Part shown: in pieces, positions 13,146 to 26,590 of the stretch
How positions within the stretch are numbered: position 1 is the first letter of the stretch
How the letters are laid out: each line of letters starts with the position of its first letter
NCBI GenBank assembly: GCA_051294375.1
Contig: JBJCIZ010000744.1
Span: 362,285-426,284 of the forward strand
From: Paraspadella gotoi
Taxonomy: Eukaryota > Animalia > Chaetognatha
Direction: 5' to 3'
DNA: 64,000 nt
Notes under the pieces: generated by a model
The model's database searches: none
Told to the model about the DNA's origin: nothing
Seen by the model: the letters and a program-made list of their open reading frames with translations, nothing else
Program-made: the position numbers and the translations under genes

Positions 13146-13579
13146 AAAAGGCATAAGAATTATAAAACCAGATGAAGGTTTTCGGAAAGAGTGATAAAAC
13201 AGCTTCAAGATCTCATATTACAAATTAGAATATGTACATTTAGTAAGGAACTGCATCAGTTTAAATAAAGCATGTTTTTATCTAAAAGGCGTCAAAGATA
13301 GGTAGACCGTAGAAAAAGATAGGTTTGGATTGGAAGGTTGTTTTTCTCGGTATAAGCGCTTCAGATCGCTTACTATTGAACCCTTCTTTTAAAATTAGAT
13401 TACCAGCTACTGGGACAGGATATTTTCTTGGAGGCATGTGGCACCGTGTACCCCTACTACAAGTCTACAACTGAGGGTCTTAAGCTTGTAAAAGCCCTTA
13501 AGTGATATGCCTATTGCCTAAAACCAAAAACATACGAAAAACAAGTTTAATAATTACAATATTTAAACATATCCTACGA

Positions 13580-15471
13580 TCAACGCTTCCTCTTCCAACC
13601 TAAAGGCCAAGATCCAAAGTTAAAAAGCGAGAACTGATGTTCCTCCGAACAAAAGACAGTCGAGCCACCGGCGCCGCCGCAGTTTCTCGTGGTCTCGACG
13701 GAGGGCGAACCATTCGGACGATATTTTATGTCGTAGAAGCTATTTTCGTCGTCGTCATATTCGTCCGTTCGATCCGGGACTCGATCCGGGGACTTTTTCC
13801 TTTTTTTTTCCCGCCAAATTTTCAAAAATTTCGACTCGAAGCTTTCGTCGTCGTCGTCGTCGTCATCTTCGTATCCATAGACTTCATCGTATTCATCTCC
13901 GCGGCCGTCGTCATCCCGTTCGTCATTCGCCCCGCCGCCGCCGCCGCTCCCGGTCCGATTAGCGGCGCCCTCGGCGTTCCAGTGGCCGTCGCCGCAGCGT
14001 CGGTCGTACGGCGGACATTTGCAGCGGCAATTGAGGTCGCGATAACCCTCGCCGCCGCAGCTGAGGGTCCTGTCGCAGTGGCTGCCGCAGCTGTACATCA
14101 GGTTGACCAACTTGGCGTCTCGGAAACTCAACTGTTGGGGGGGGGGGAAGGAGTGAGGAGGGAGGGGTACGAGAGGGCGGGAAAAGATGGATGGAATAGA
14201 AGTGTCGGATCTGCCCCCAATCATTAGCGGTAATCAATTAATTATTTAATTCAAGTTAACTAATTAATTAGGTAATTAATTATTTAATTTGTCTTTTCGT
14301 CACTAACTACAAAAAAAGCAATGACGATGACGATGGCAACGACGACAATAATGACGATAACGATTGACTTGATTGATTGATTAATTGATTGAATAATTAA
14401 TTAATAGTTAAATTGATTAATTGAATAATTAATTAATAGATAAATAGATTGATTGATTGAATAATTAATTGATTTATTAATTAATACATCTTGCATTTAC
14501 ATTTAATATAAAATAAAAAGAAGCATTAGAGAGCATTAGAGAAACCGGTTTTTTTGTTTTTTCCATTTAAACTCATTTCCACTCCAACGATTCCATCGAA
14601 ACTTCATATCCAGCTCAATCACACAGTTTCCTACCCACGCACGAAATTTCAAACCAATCCAACCATCCAATCACGAGTAATTGGAGTTTTTTGCTAAGGT
14701 GGGACGGAGAGTCGGACGGACGGACGGATGGACCGACGGACGGAGGGACGCCTGTCAAGTCAAGTCAAGTCAAGACGGAGGGACGAACATCATTTTTATT
14801 GCATAATTTATCATAATTCGAGGTTCTGACATGATTTAAGTGAATGCCCGACAAAATTTGGTAGGGAGTCCGACGGACCGACAAAGTGAATTATAGAGTC
14901 GAAATCTGCTACAAGCAGATCCGTCTAAAAATGTTCCGCAATTTTTGAATAACTTGAAGACAGTTTATTTGTATTTCTTTCTACTCGGCGCGACTAATTC
15001 AATTATCACAAATAATAAACCGCAATATAGTTTAAAATTGGTACAACCAATATAGAAATTATCCCATATCAACAAATAAACTTTCTTCACAATTTGGCCA
15101 AGTTACGGTGGGCTAGAATTTCCATAATACATTGACAAACAAAATACAAAGTTAACTGTAGACCTGACATGACAAGAGTGCCCTCAAAAGACTGACCCCT
15201 TTCCTCTGCCCGATCCGATCCTGGACGCTTCGGTCCTTGGTCCGAATCGTGACCAGCTTGTCCCTATCTTTGCTGAACGCGTTCTTCCCGTAGTGCATTA
15301 TGGAATCGTAATCGTAAGGAATCCCTTCGCTGTTGATCTCGTATCTGTTGTACTTGGAAAATTGATGGATAGGATCGAAATCTAACTCGCGGCGAACGTT
15401 CTCCGCGATGATGGTCACGTAGTCGTCGCGGTCGGGCCGGTCTGTTCGTGATGGAGGCCTGAAGGGTGACA

Positions 15472-15545
<74 letters not shown>

Positions 15546-15631
15546 AGGGGGGGAGAGGGAGAGAAAAGGGGGAGAGAGAGAGAGAAGGGAGAGGGAGAGA
15601 AAGGGGGGAGAGAGAGGAGAGAGAGAGAGAG

Positions 15632-15677
<46 letters not shown>

Positions 15678-17149
15678 TGGGGAGAGAGAGAGAGAGGTTT
15701 TTTTTGTGTGTCTATTTTTATGTGTGTGTATTTGTATGTGTATTTGTGTGCGAGTGCGTTTCTCTTTGTTTATTTATTTGAGCGTGCGTTTTTATTGTTT
15801 AAAAGTCCCAAAGAATTAACAAGCCGGCTAAAAGTTTAAAAGTTAAAATTTAAAAAAAAAAAAAAGTTAAAACCATCAGAATTTATTCCTAGAGAAAAAA
15901 AAAGAGAATAAAAAAAAAAAAAAACAAAACAAGAAAGAGGAAGAAAAACTGTGAACGGGAACCGACCGAGGGCGTGGCCGATCTCGTGGACGATGACGCC
16001 TTTCGTCCGACAGGGTCCAGCGCCGAGAGTGATCTTGTTGTGTTCCACCATCCCAACGTGGGACCAGCAACTGGATCGACAGGAGAGGATAGGGGAGAGA
16101 GAGAGAGAGGGAGAGAGAGAGAGAGGGAGAGAGAGAAATCATGGTAAATATCTTCGGTCAAATTGACTGGCCAATCGATCGGTGTAACAGTATAATTTTT
16201 GGAAAAATTGATATAAATTACAATAAAGGTTTGTATGCTTAGCAATTTCTAAATAATACTTTACCCTTTCCCGTCCTGAATGACGACGTGTCGACGATGT
16301 CCCAGTTTCGCCGCGACGGTTTTAGAGTAAGGAACGAATCGGAGACACGTCTCGCGCTCCCACTCTCTGAAGGGTTAGTTTATAATTAACTGACTTATAC
16401 ATAACATATACAAAGGCGGAACAAGTTAAGAACTAAGAGTTCTGTAATTTAAATTTTAACAAATTTAAAAAAATTTAAGATTTTATGTATAGTCAATAAC
16501 ATAACAATTTCAGAGGTTATTTTTTTTCTAATTCAGAATTTTTCAAAACGAATCCTGGTTGAGCTTGAAAAAATAAAATATTACTATAAAAATATAAATA
16601 TTACTATAAAAATAAATATTACTATAAAAATTATAGTATGACGATGATGCTGATAATTTTTAAGGGTTTTTTCCTTATTTAACCCATTTATCATCGAAAT
16701 ATTGAAAAACTTATACTTATACTTTTTATGGGCTATCTGAATCCATTCTTAAAAAATAATTATCATTTAAATATTTAAATGATTCAATGTTATACTTTGT
16801 TTCACTAGTAAAAAAAATTGCTAGTAAATAATGATTAAATATGGTGGACTTATGGCAACAGCCGGGTTGCCTGTGATGCCCATTGGGATGGGGTATCTCA
16901 CTGTTGGCTTTGGGGGCTTCCGACCCTCAGTGACGCCTCCAGTCACTGGCGCGGTTACCCTAGGACGGTCTCGCTTTGCCAACGCAGAGGGAAGTCGTTA
17001 GGACTGTGGATGGAACACTACACCTGGGATGGTGTGTTCCCCCTCTGAGCCAATGGATTTGGCTGAAGGACGTGAGGCGGTGTGAATATACCACCACAGA
17101 CTAATGATTTTTTTATTCCAGAACTTCTAATGATAAAATTTTGGCAGAG

Positions 17150-17221
<72 letters not shown>

Positions 17222-18113
17222 GGAGGAAGAGAGAGGAGCAGCATCGATAAAATATAAGAACATCAAGCAACTTCAGCAGCTAGTAAAGCAAAGACCAACA
17301 ACTACAGCGACCAAATAAAGCAAAGACCAACAACCCAGTAGCATCAATTCCGCTCGCCTCATGGCGGCGTCGATGTTCCTCTTATCCAAAGCCGAGAAAT
17401 GATCCTTCAAGATGTAAGGAACGACGCCGTCAATCCAGCGGTACTGCGTTTCACGGAGACCGGCGCGACGATGACGCCGGCTGAGCGAGAGACGCCGACG
17501 CTGGCGCCGTTTTATAACTGTTAAGAATTGGTTTGAGTAATAAGTTTAACGTAAATATCACTAATAAAGTATTAATAAATTCTTATGGAATTTATATCCT
17601 CTTGATGGTTGTATTTTTTTAATTTTTAAAACTATCGCCGCGAATTTTTGTTTTATAAAAACGGTTTCAACGGTTTCAATCAGTTATATAAATATATATA
17701 AAGTGAGTGAGTGAGTGAGAGAGAGAGAGAGAGATATGACTACGTTCCTAATCATTTTTTTTTTTTCATGATAAAAATAGTTTTCCCTGTTTCGCGACCA
17801 CCTCACCGGAATCCTCGTCGCGGAGAAATCGGTACTTGGGATCAAGCCTCGTCTCGTAGAAAACGGTACTTCGGTAGAGATCGATCTGCTGCTGCTTCGT
17901 CAACATCATGTCGAGCTCGCGAAGAGAATGTCCTTCCGCCGCCTCCTCTGAATCCACCCGCGCCACGTTGTCAAATCCGGGTGGTGTTTCTTCGCCCGAA
18001 AAACCCGTATGTAACTCGAAGGCGCGGGAGATGAGCTCGTCGACGGTGGGTCCGGCGAGGGCGTGCTCGGGTAGGAGGAAGAGGAAGAGGAAGACAGGGA
18101 GGTGGCGAAACAT
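13580..18113 (-). CDS. Astacin-family (M12A) zinc metalloprotease; exons 18113-17807, 17517-17358, 16366-16265, 16070-15967, 15458-15197, 14131-13580; one apparent 1-nt frameshift near 15440
   Basis: Signal peptide, furin-like RRHRR before the mature domain, then W.DGVVPY, AMREWERETCLRF and GCWSHVG. Zinc motif HEIGHALGLHHEQ(T)RPDRDDY, Met-turn SIMHY, a Cys-rich EGF-like segment and an acidic tail. Confidence 0.9.
16851..17098 (+). mobile_element. Solo LTR-like element, family B (hairpin-rich, TA...CA ends); other copies at 36126-36371 (-) and partial 47087-47193 (-)
   Basis: Starts TATGGCAAC, ends CCACA, with a perfect 4-bp TSD GACT. Three copies in the window. Confidence 0.7.
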
Positions 18114-18502
18114 ATTTGTTAATCTTTGACGTCCATATTGGTTTAAGTCAAATACGAAAACGAGCATTGTCGACGATTTTCAAGTTATGGATAATTATTT
18201 TCTTTAAGACGAGAGGCAAATAGATGTTTTTTTTTTGTTTTTTTTATTCTTCTTTCACTTTTTTGTTGGGTTGCGATTAATTCTTTGCTTTTCTTTCTTT
18301 CTTTTTTTTTTTTCAAAAACCTCAAGCTTTTAAATTTTGTCTAATCCGTGATTGGAAAGCGCCCAGGATTTTCCTCTCTCAGAATTAAAATGTTTTGCTA
18401 ATTTAACGACTACATGTCGTACTCAACGTATAATTTTTTTAATGATTCTAGTATTAAAGAAAGCCGAATAACTTATAATTTCGTTCTGTATTGTATAATA
18501 TA

Positions 18503-19130
18503 TAGGAAGCCAGGTACTCTGGGAGTGAATAAACGAGACTGTGAGAGAGTCTTGATTGAAAGCTTGCAGGGACCTGCTATGTCATTATCTTGTAAGAGTG
18601 ATGGAGGCCTTAAACCACCAAAGCCTGTCCAAAGTCAGGGGCAAGATAGCTTATTTATTAAATGAATGGATAATTTTTATATTGGTTGTACCAATTTCAT
18701 ATATAATGTCTATAGTGCGTTTTACAATATCCAAAAATTACATTTTTGTAGCGTTGAAAACATTTTTCGAATACATAAAAAGTTATTTTAAGCTTTGGTT
18801 TGAAATTGCGAATACATTATACAAAAATTATAAATTTATTTATGAATTTCAATTTGTCCGGTCTCGAATTATATTACTAATGTGTTTAAAACGAAATCTT
18901 GTAAAATTAAAAAAACATGCGAATTGTAAATATTTTCCACTTCATTGATAGGGAAGCCAGGTACTCTGGGAGTAAATAAACGGGACTGTGAGAGAGTCTT
19001 GATTGAAAGCTTGCAGGGACCTGCTATGTAATTATCTTGTAAGAGCGATGGAGGCCTGTCCAAAGTCAGGGGCAAGATAGCTTATCTATTAAATGAATGG
19101 ATAATTTTTATATTGGTTGTACCAATTTCA
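18503..19130 (+). repeat. Dispersed repeat family C (copies 18503-18699, ~18935-19130, 22879-22980; inverted ~30262-30420 and ~10650-11050)
   Basis: Shared GGAAGCCAGGTACTCTGGGAGT...GGAGGCCTTAAACCACCAAAGCCTGTCCAAAGTCAGGGGCAAGATAGC...CCAATTTCA. Element class not determined. Confidence 0.75.
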
Positions 19131-20340
19131 TAGTAATTATCATCCTTAAAGTTAAACTCCTCCTAATTTCAAAATGTTATTTTATTTATCTAATAATAAT
19201 TCGGCAATGACGACACTCTTCCGCTAGAATCCGACACCAACACTACGAGCGACGGAAACAAAAGGCCTCATCGAGATTCTCTTCAAATCCTCCCGCTTTT
19301 TCTTTCTCAAAAAATTCATGAATCGTCGAAAAAAATTTCAGTAGTTCGGATTAGGAAATCTCACCTCGTTAACCACCCGCTCGTTTAATAGAATCGAACT
19401 CGAAGAAGGATCGTAGTGGAACTTATCTCGGAAGATGCGATCACGAATCAACAGATTTTCAGAAGATCGAGCGTGTTGTTTCGTAACCTCGGTGTCTAGG
19501 CCATGTAAACAATACCTTTGTTTGGAGATCGTTGCTTTGTCTGGCCAGGCTCGTTGAAAGAAAAAATCCCGTTTTAGTCATTCTTTTCGAGGACTTTCTC
19601 CGCGAGTCGATTCACACTTTGTCAGCAAAAAAGTAAAGTCCAGACCATCGTCTGGATAAAGAATAAAGAATATTTTTTTCTTCATTTATGTACAAATCGG
19701 TTTTGTTACGTTCCTAAATTATAAAGCACGACGGGGAAAAAAAATTCCCGAGAATGTAAATTCTTTTTCCGGCGCCTGTCAGTCGCTCTCCAACGAGGCA
19801 ACGAAAACCTGATCAGTGATCACAAACTGCGACGTTTACTTGACCCATTAAAAATTTCATTTTTTAAAATATTTAAAACATTTTTTAAATAAATCGATCC
19901 GTTTGTTACTCTTTTGATTGCATATTCTGTCTTAGCCTCTGACTTTGAACTTAATTTTTAATGCTCTCCATAATGTGTCCATTCAAATTTATCAGAATGT
20001 GTAAAATTGTTGTCTTGTCATTTTCCTTTCAGAAAAAAAAAGCGTGCAATAATAATGAAATGCTGTTTAAATATAAGTTTGCAACGTTTTATTTAAGCAT
20101 TTTTTAGCTTGATACTCCTGCGATGATATTCAAGTGTATTATTCTTTTCCAGCTTGTAGCATCTCTTGGCCTGCGGTAAACAACCCAAGTATTGCGTTAG
20201 AAATTCCGTGCCGCTTCTTGTTTGAACTAAAGTATCAATAATAAGAGAAAATAAACTTTAATAAACTGAAAAAGAAAAAAATCGTGGGCAAACGTCGCGA
20301 CTCCGTCAAGAACCGATCGTCCTCTCCCCCCGCGCCGGTT

Positions 20341-21045
20341 ATGGCGACCAGTCCCAACTGCAGCGCCGTTCGTGCTTTGAATCTCGAATACAAGTCGCTC
20401 CAGGACGAGCCCGTCGAGGGATTCCGCGTCTCCGCCTCCGAGGAGAATTTGTTCGAGTGGGAGGTGGCCATCTTCGGCCCTCCTCAGACGCTCTACGAGG
20501 GCGGGTACTTCAAGGCGTCCATGAAGTTCCCCAACGACTACCCCTACTCTCCGCCCTCGATGCGGTTTCTCACCAAGGTGTGGCACCCCAACGTCTACGA
20601 GACCGGCGATCTCTGCATCAGCATCCTCCACCCGCCCGTGGACGATCCTCAGAGCGGGGAGTTACCGTCCGAGCGCTGGAACCCCACGCAGAACGTGCGG
20701 ACGATCCTCCTTAGCGTGATATCCCTCCTCAACGAGCCCAACACCTCCTCGCCCGCCAACGTCGACGCCTCCGTCATGTTCCGCCGGTGGAAAGAGTCAA
20801 AGGGAGCGGACAAGGAGTACGAGAACATCGTGCGGAGACAGGTGCTGGCAACCAAAGCCGACGCCGACCACGACGGCGTCGTCGTCCCCACCACCCTCGA
20901 AGAGTATTGCGTCAAACCCAAGCCCTCGCTTCACCGCGACCACGACGACATCGACTTCGACGATTTCGACGACTTTGACGACGACGACGAAGAAGAGGAA
21001 GAAGCCGCCACCGATCCTGAAGACTCTGGCAACGGGGAGAGTTGA
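20341..21045 (+). CDS. UBE2R2: Ubiquitin-conjugating enzyme E2 R (CDC34-like), intronless CDS
   Basis: NLFEWEVAIFGPP.TLYEGGYFKA, WHPNVYE.GD.CISILH, acidic loop PPVDDPQSGELPSERWNPTQNVRTILLSVISLL and an acidic C-terminal tail ending DSGNGES. Confidence 0.95.
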   Translation: MATSPNCSAVRALNLEYKSLQDEPVEGFRVSASEENLFEWEVAIFGPPQTLYEGGYFKASMKFPNDYPYSPPSMRFLTKVWHPNVYETGDLCISILHPPVDDPQSGELPSERWNPTQNVRTILLSVISLLNEPNTSSPANVDASVMFRRWKESKGADKEYENIVRRQVLATKADADHDGVVVPTTLEEYCVKPKPSLHRDHDDIDFDDFDDFDDDDEEEEEAATDPEDSGNGES

Positions 21046-23189
21046 AACTGTCACGTCCTCCCTCTCCCCCCTTTTGGAAGGCGGCGATGGAGACGGCGGG
21101 GAGGAGGGATCTGATAAGGGACGGGGGGAGTGCCGTTCTTCTATCCTTTTCGTCGAAATTGGGAGGGGGGAACTTGTTGCTATAGCCTAAATTTTGTACA
21201 GATTGTAGACCAGACCTCGTTTTAGCTAATGTAGCGTGACTTACGCGGTACAGTTGGTTTTTTTTTGTTTTTTTTTTTCGTGAGCTAATTCAGATCTCGA
21301 AGCTTTCTCGAGCATATTCTCGCTTGATTTGCAGGTATTCCCGCTTGATCAGTAAGTCTCGCTGTGCAACGTTATACTTTATGTATAATACGGATCAAAG
21401 ATAACACAAGTACTAAACTTTTTTATATGTAACTTTGACCGACTCACGATTGTTTTCGTTTCATCTTCTGCATATAATAAGTACAGTGTTAACCTGCGTT
21501 TTCATTTGAAAAAAGAAGTAGACGTCATTTTCAAGCTGTTTATTTTTTTCTAAAGAGATTTTTGAATCCCTTTTTATTTGTTTTCACAAATCTACGCAGG
21601 TCAATTAGATTATCATTGTGGGGAATATTATAAAACTTATTGATTTAATAATAATGAAAAAAATGATTTATTTTCGTTAAGACGGTAATTTCAAATAGAT
21701 CCATAGATAAGAATTCAATTGGTGAATTTTGAATTAGGAATTAATTTTTCCTATAACAATATTTATCGAAGTTTATTTTGATTTAGGCGTTCGGTTTATA
21801 GCATATTGTTTGCAAATTTAAAAACAAAATTAAATTCTATTGGAGCTAATTTTTGTTTAGAATTATTTCCATACTTAAGGGGGAAGATTATTTATATTTT
21901 GTATCCATCTGCATATATAAGTTATTTGAAACGAAATTTAAGTTAGCCTGAATTATCTGACGTAGTGGTGTGGTGCACGAGGTCAAAACCCATTAAATTT
22001 ATCATATTGACGTTTAGCACAATGCTGAGAATTATCAGCAATTTAAAAATAATCTGTTATCATATAACATCGCTATTGATTTAAAGAGAATTTCAGTTAT
22101 TCCCGGTTTAACTTATTTTGATCGTAGTTTTCTATCCTAAGTGATTTCGAACAAAGACTTCAACAGGGAGTTTTTTTTTGCTATTTGATATGATCGTCCA
22201 GTTTTTACATGTCATTTACACATAAATCTATGAGGTTACGACTTCTATTTATCTTTTGAGGTTTTGTAGAGTTTAGTCGTAACTTTTTAGCCTGTTTTCA
22301 TAACAGCTGGATAGACCGATATTCGCTACTTTGCACTTCACTCAGTATAGTAGAAGTCGCTTATCCACAGGCTAGGGTTGGCCGCTAGGCTGCTTGCTAA
22401 TTCATAAGTACTTAGATTTAACTTTAAGATAGTCTTCTAATTTAGACGATACCCGGAGCCGTGACTGAAACAAACTGATGTTGCCTCGAACGTGGACCGT
22501 ATCTCTAGGGACTTATTTTTTTTACTTAGTCGAAAAACTGGAAAGAAAAACCTGTTTGGACTACGTTTACTTTCACGATTGTGCAGGTAGATGGTTACGA
22601 ATTAAACATAGTTCTGTTAATTGTTTCGAGATTAAAACAAAATTTTAACGAAGCACGTCTACTACTGGTTGCAAGTATGTTTGCATTTTATCACTTTGAC
22701 ATTTACTCTTGGTAGAGAATTGACATACCTGCTCAAATTGAGTTACGTAGATACCTTTGAGTGATCAGTCGGAGTTTTTTCCACGAATTTAAAATAAATT
22801 TTTAAAGGTCGATGCTCTCCATTTTGGTGGTTCACTTCAAGTTCAACTGAATTAAGGATGTCAATTCGAAGTATTATGATGATGGAGGCCTTAAACCACC
22901 AAAGCCTGTCCAAAGTCAGGGGCAAGATAGCTTATTTATTAAATGAATGGATAATTTTTATATTGGTTATACCAATTTCATTCGAATTGTCAGGTACAAA
23001 ACTGTTTAGAAAATGTTGAGTGTTGTAAATATTTGTACAATAATCATGATAATCCTCTAAATCTTCTATTTGTAGTGGAAGTATGGAATAGGAAAAAAAA
23101 AGAGTATGTTATTCTTTGACTAATTAAGGACCGTAAACTAAAGGTCTGGTTCACGAGCTCCCCAACTTTTTTCCCCAGTCAAAATAAAG

Positions 23190-24759
23190 ATGAACGATAC
23201 CTACGACGTTATAGTCCTTGGCACTGGTCTAAAGGAATGCGTCCTTGGCGGTATTATGGCCGCCAGACAGAAAAAAGTTTTGCAATTAGACCGAAACGAC
23301 CGTTACGGCGGCGAATCGGCTACTATCACTCCTTTGGAGGACTTCTTCGGAATATCACGCGGTGGACCAGCTCCTGGTGAAGCGCGGATAGTGGGAAGAA
23401 TGGATGAGGGTTATATTTTTAATCTTGGTAAAATCTTGGATTTTCCCTTCTTATGAGTAACATTGTAAAAATTATTATTATATATACCTATCACTAAAAC
23501 CTATCACTTAAATGAAGCCACCTTGGTATTCGAGGACGTTCTTTTTCACGGTATCACATCGATCCATATACAGTAATTAACTGTATTTGAAAGTTTTTTA
23601 ACTTTTCCCGGCTGAAATGCTTGGACCTGGTCGCAATTAGAAGGTGAATTTAATTTCTAAAAGCTTCATGTCACGGGGTAAAATGATAAAACTACTCATC
23701 CACTCTCTGGTCACGCGGCATGTCGAGTTCAAGATCATCGGAGGAAGCTTCGTGACGGAGGCCAATGGTGCTAAGCCGTTCCACATCCCCGCTTCATAAA
23801 AGGAGGCTTCTGCCTGCTCCATTATGGACGTTCTCGAGCGGCGGAGGCTCAGAACTTTCTTTCCCTTTTGTGCCGAGTATATTGAGGACGATCCTGCGAC
23901 GTGGAAAGGCTTCGATGCGCAGGTGACAACCATGACCGAAGTTTACAAAAAATTCGGGCTGAAGCAGGCAATTATGAAATACATGGGATACGCTCTTTGT
24001 CTTTACTCCAATGACGCATACAAAGATCTATCGTGTGGAGAAACGCTTAATCGGATCTGTTTGTACATGGATTCCTACCAGCAACTGGGCAAAAGCCTCT
24101 ACATGTACCCCTTGTCCGGGCTGTCCGCGATTCCGAAGGGCTTCGCCAAGATCTTGCCGGTCTTCGGCGGACTCTACGCTCTGAATAAATCTTTCCAAGG
24201 CTTTGTCTATGGGGACGATGGGAAAGTGCGCGGTATCAAGTCGGAGGGAAAGTTGATCGAATCTTCGCTGATCTTTTGCGATCCCTCATACGCGAGGGAC
24301 AAGTGCCGGATGATCGGGCGCGCGGCTCGTGCCATAAGCATTCTGGATCACGTGATCCCCGGGACCGAAGCGTCTTGTCAAATCGTGATCCCCCAAAATC
24401 AGGTCGGACGGAAGAACAACATCTTCGTCAGTTGCGTCTCTTTCGAGCAAGGGTCGGCGCCGGAGGGGTTCTATCTGGCGACTGTCTCCACAGAAATGGA
24501 AACGGACGATCCATTGGCCGAACTCCAGCCGGGTTTGGACCTTTTGGGCGAGGTCGTCGTGAAGTTCGTTGAAGTCCGGGATCTCCTCGAGCCGTTGGAA
24601 GACGGGAGGGCCGACAACGTGTTCGTAACCAAGTCTTGTGACGCGGCGACGCATTTCCGCTCGGACTGCGAAGATATTCTGAAAGTTTACGAGCGGGCCG
24701 TCGGGAAACCGTTTGACTTCTCGAAGGTCAATGGGGAAGATTTGGAAGAAGTGAAATGA
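23190..24759 (+). pseudogene. GDI: Rab GDP-dissociation inhibitor (GDI) divergent, apparently processed pseudogene
   Basis: Begins [17 protein letters not shown]...[12 protein letters not shown] ~240-bp insertion follows, then GPGRN*KVNLISK (TAG at the conserved Trp) and HIPAS*KEA. A long GDI frame follows (SCQIVIPQNQVGRK, SCDAATHF). Confidence 0.8.
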
Positions 24760-25582
24760 TCGAGAAAACGATTGTAAAATTGCAAGATGCTCTTACTTAT
24801 TATAAAATTGAAAATCCTTATTACTATACCGAAACAGGGTTGGCATTAAAAAACCCACCCAAAAAAACACAAAAAAAAAACCCAGGTTTTTTTTAAATAA
24901 TAGTTCTCTTGCAGTAAAAACACCAATTTATAGTAAAAAAGAGAAACGAACATTTAATCAGATTAAACTTATATCTAATTGCAACAATGAAATAAAATAT
25001 TGAAATGTAGCCTTCAAAGATTAGTGGAACTAGTCGAATTAAACCAAACTATAGTTTTGTTTTGTCTAAACTGACGAGTTGAATATTTCAAAAGCGTTCC
25101 CAGCAGGATCAGTACCAACGACTTCAGAAGAAACGCCGGCGAATATTCGACTGATATCCAAGCCGACATCAGAACCTCCCTTTTTGTCGTTTTCTAGTCC
25201 GCGATTTCTGTCGCCGACTTCTTTGGTGTAGAAACTTCCGTCGGCGACGTACGCGACTTTGACGTTCGTCGCATGACCGGGGATTCTGGGCCGTTTTAAA
25301 AATAAAAAAGCTGAGAACTACAGGCGTTCGAATCCTATCTTTAACGCTTTTTCACAAAATTTAGATTGCCCTGGAATAACGAATGACCACAAATCTACAT
25401 TTTTTCCTTTAAATAACCCGCTCGGTTATTTTTTATATTTTTTTAAGATCATTTTATGCAAAAAAAAAACTGGGAAGGGGAAAAAAAGTTTTATTACAAA
25501 TTCATTTCAAAAACTACCCTTAACCCAAAACCACCCCTAACCCAAACCACCCCTAACCCAAACCAGCCCTAACCCTAACCAC

Positions 25583-26061
25583 TAGAGCGTAGTGAAAGTT
25601 ACGTACGGAAATTCTAAAAGTCAATTATGAACAACATAACATCAGTGAACATTAATTTGTAAAAAAAATTATGTTTTTTAATTTTTGCAGTAGGCTATAT
25701 ATAGTACTATCCTTATAAAATCGAAAATATAAATTATTTTTAAAAATTATTTCATTAAGTAGGTTAAAACTTAAAAAACTATATTTAATATATAAAAAAT
25801 TAATTTTCAGCTTAAAATATAGCTTTTTCTAATTTTTGACCCACTTAATAAAAAAAATTTTCTTTCTTTCAACTTTTTATGACGAATCCAAATCTGCAAA
25901 AAAAATCTTAGAAAAAACTATTTTGAAATTTTAACATTTATTGGATTAGTACTAGTATATTGTAAAATTGATATATAATTTTTTTATACATAAATGTTCA
26001 TTAGTATGTTGTTCGTTCTTCACTTTTAGAATTTAATTAATTTACAAATTTACTACGCCTT
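25583..26061. mobile_element. Foldback MITE with long imperfect TIRs
   Basis: TAGAGCGTAGTGAA...AATTCTAAAAGT...GAACAACATA...GAACATT is mirrored at 25992-26061. Confidence 0.55.
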
Positions 26062-26590
26062 ACTCCCCCCCTAATCGCTAACTCAATTATTAACCGCTTA
26101 AAAATATAACATAAAAATGCAATTAAAATAAATTTAAAACAATTATTCAACAAATAATATGAAATAAGCAAAATTCTTTTATTCAACTAAACAAAAATGA
26201 AGAAATTAAAAAAAATTATATTACTGGCGCAACACTGAAACGACGCTAGAGGGAAAACAAAATTCAATGGATTAACAAACTACGACCGGTAGTATCTAAG
26301 GCTGGTTGCGGACGTTGAATAGTAAAGTTACTCACTTTTTCTTTTAGGATTAACTAGAAATTATGTTAGCTTTTTAATAGGGCCCATTATTTCACTGTAC
26401 AGTGTACCTCTCTAAACTTTAGACTAAAGCTTCCCAAACCCTTCTTCACCCAAAGGAGCTGAGTGGGGCGGGAGAAGGAGTTGGCGCCGTGACAGGAGCG
26501 AAGAGATTCGCAGCGCCGAGGCGGCTTTCGGAATGGAGCCGAGCAGGAAGAAGAATCGAAAGTGGCGCCGACTGAAGGGAATATAGGAAC

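Noticed and set aside
23630-23800. Stop-codon reassignment suggested by in-frame TAG/TAA in the GDI and XK-like genes
   Set aside because: The stops align to different residues (Trp, Glu), each one substitution from the sense codon. Intact genes here show no internal stops.
25515-25582. Telomere-like (CCCTAA)n tracts (also ~1540-1680, 38260-38470, 59820-59950)
   Set aside because: Short and degenerate interstitial repeats, not a chromosome end.
26480-26580. Cluster of TGGCGCCG PBS-like motifs
   Set aside because: Better explained as a GC-rich minus-strand exon, probably of the homeobox gene. No LTR end precedes them.
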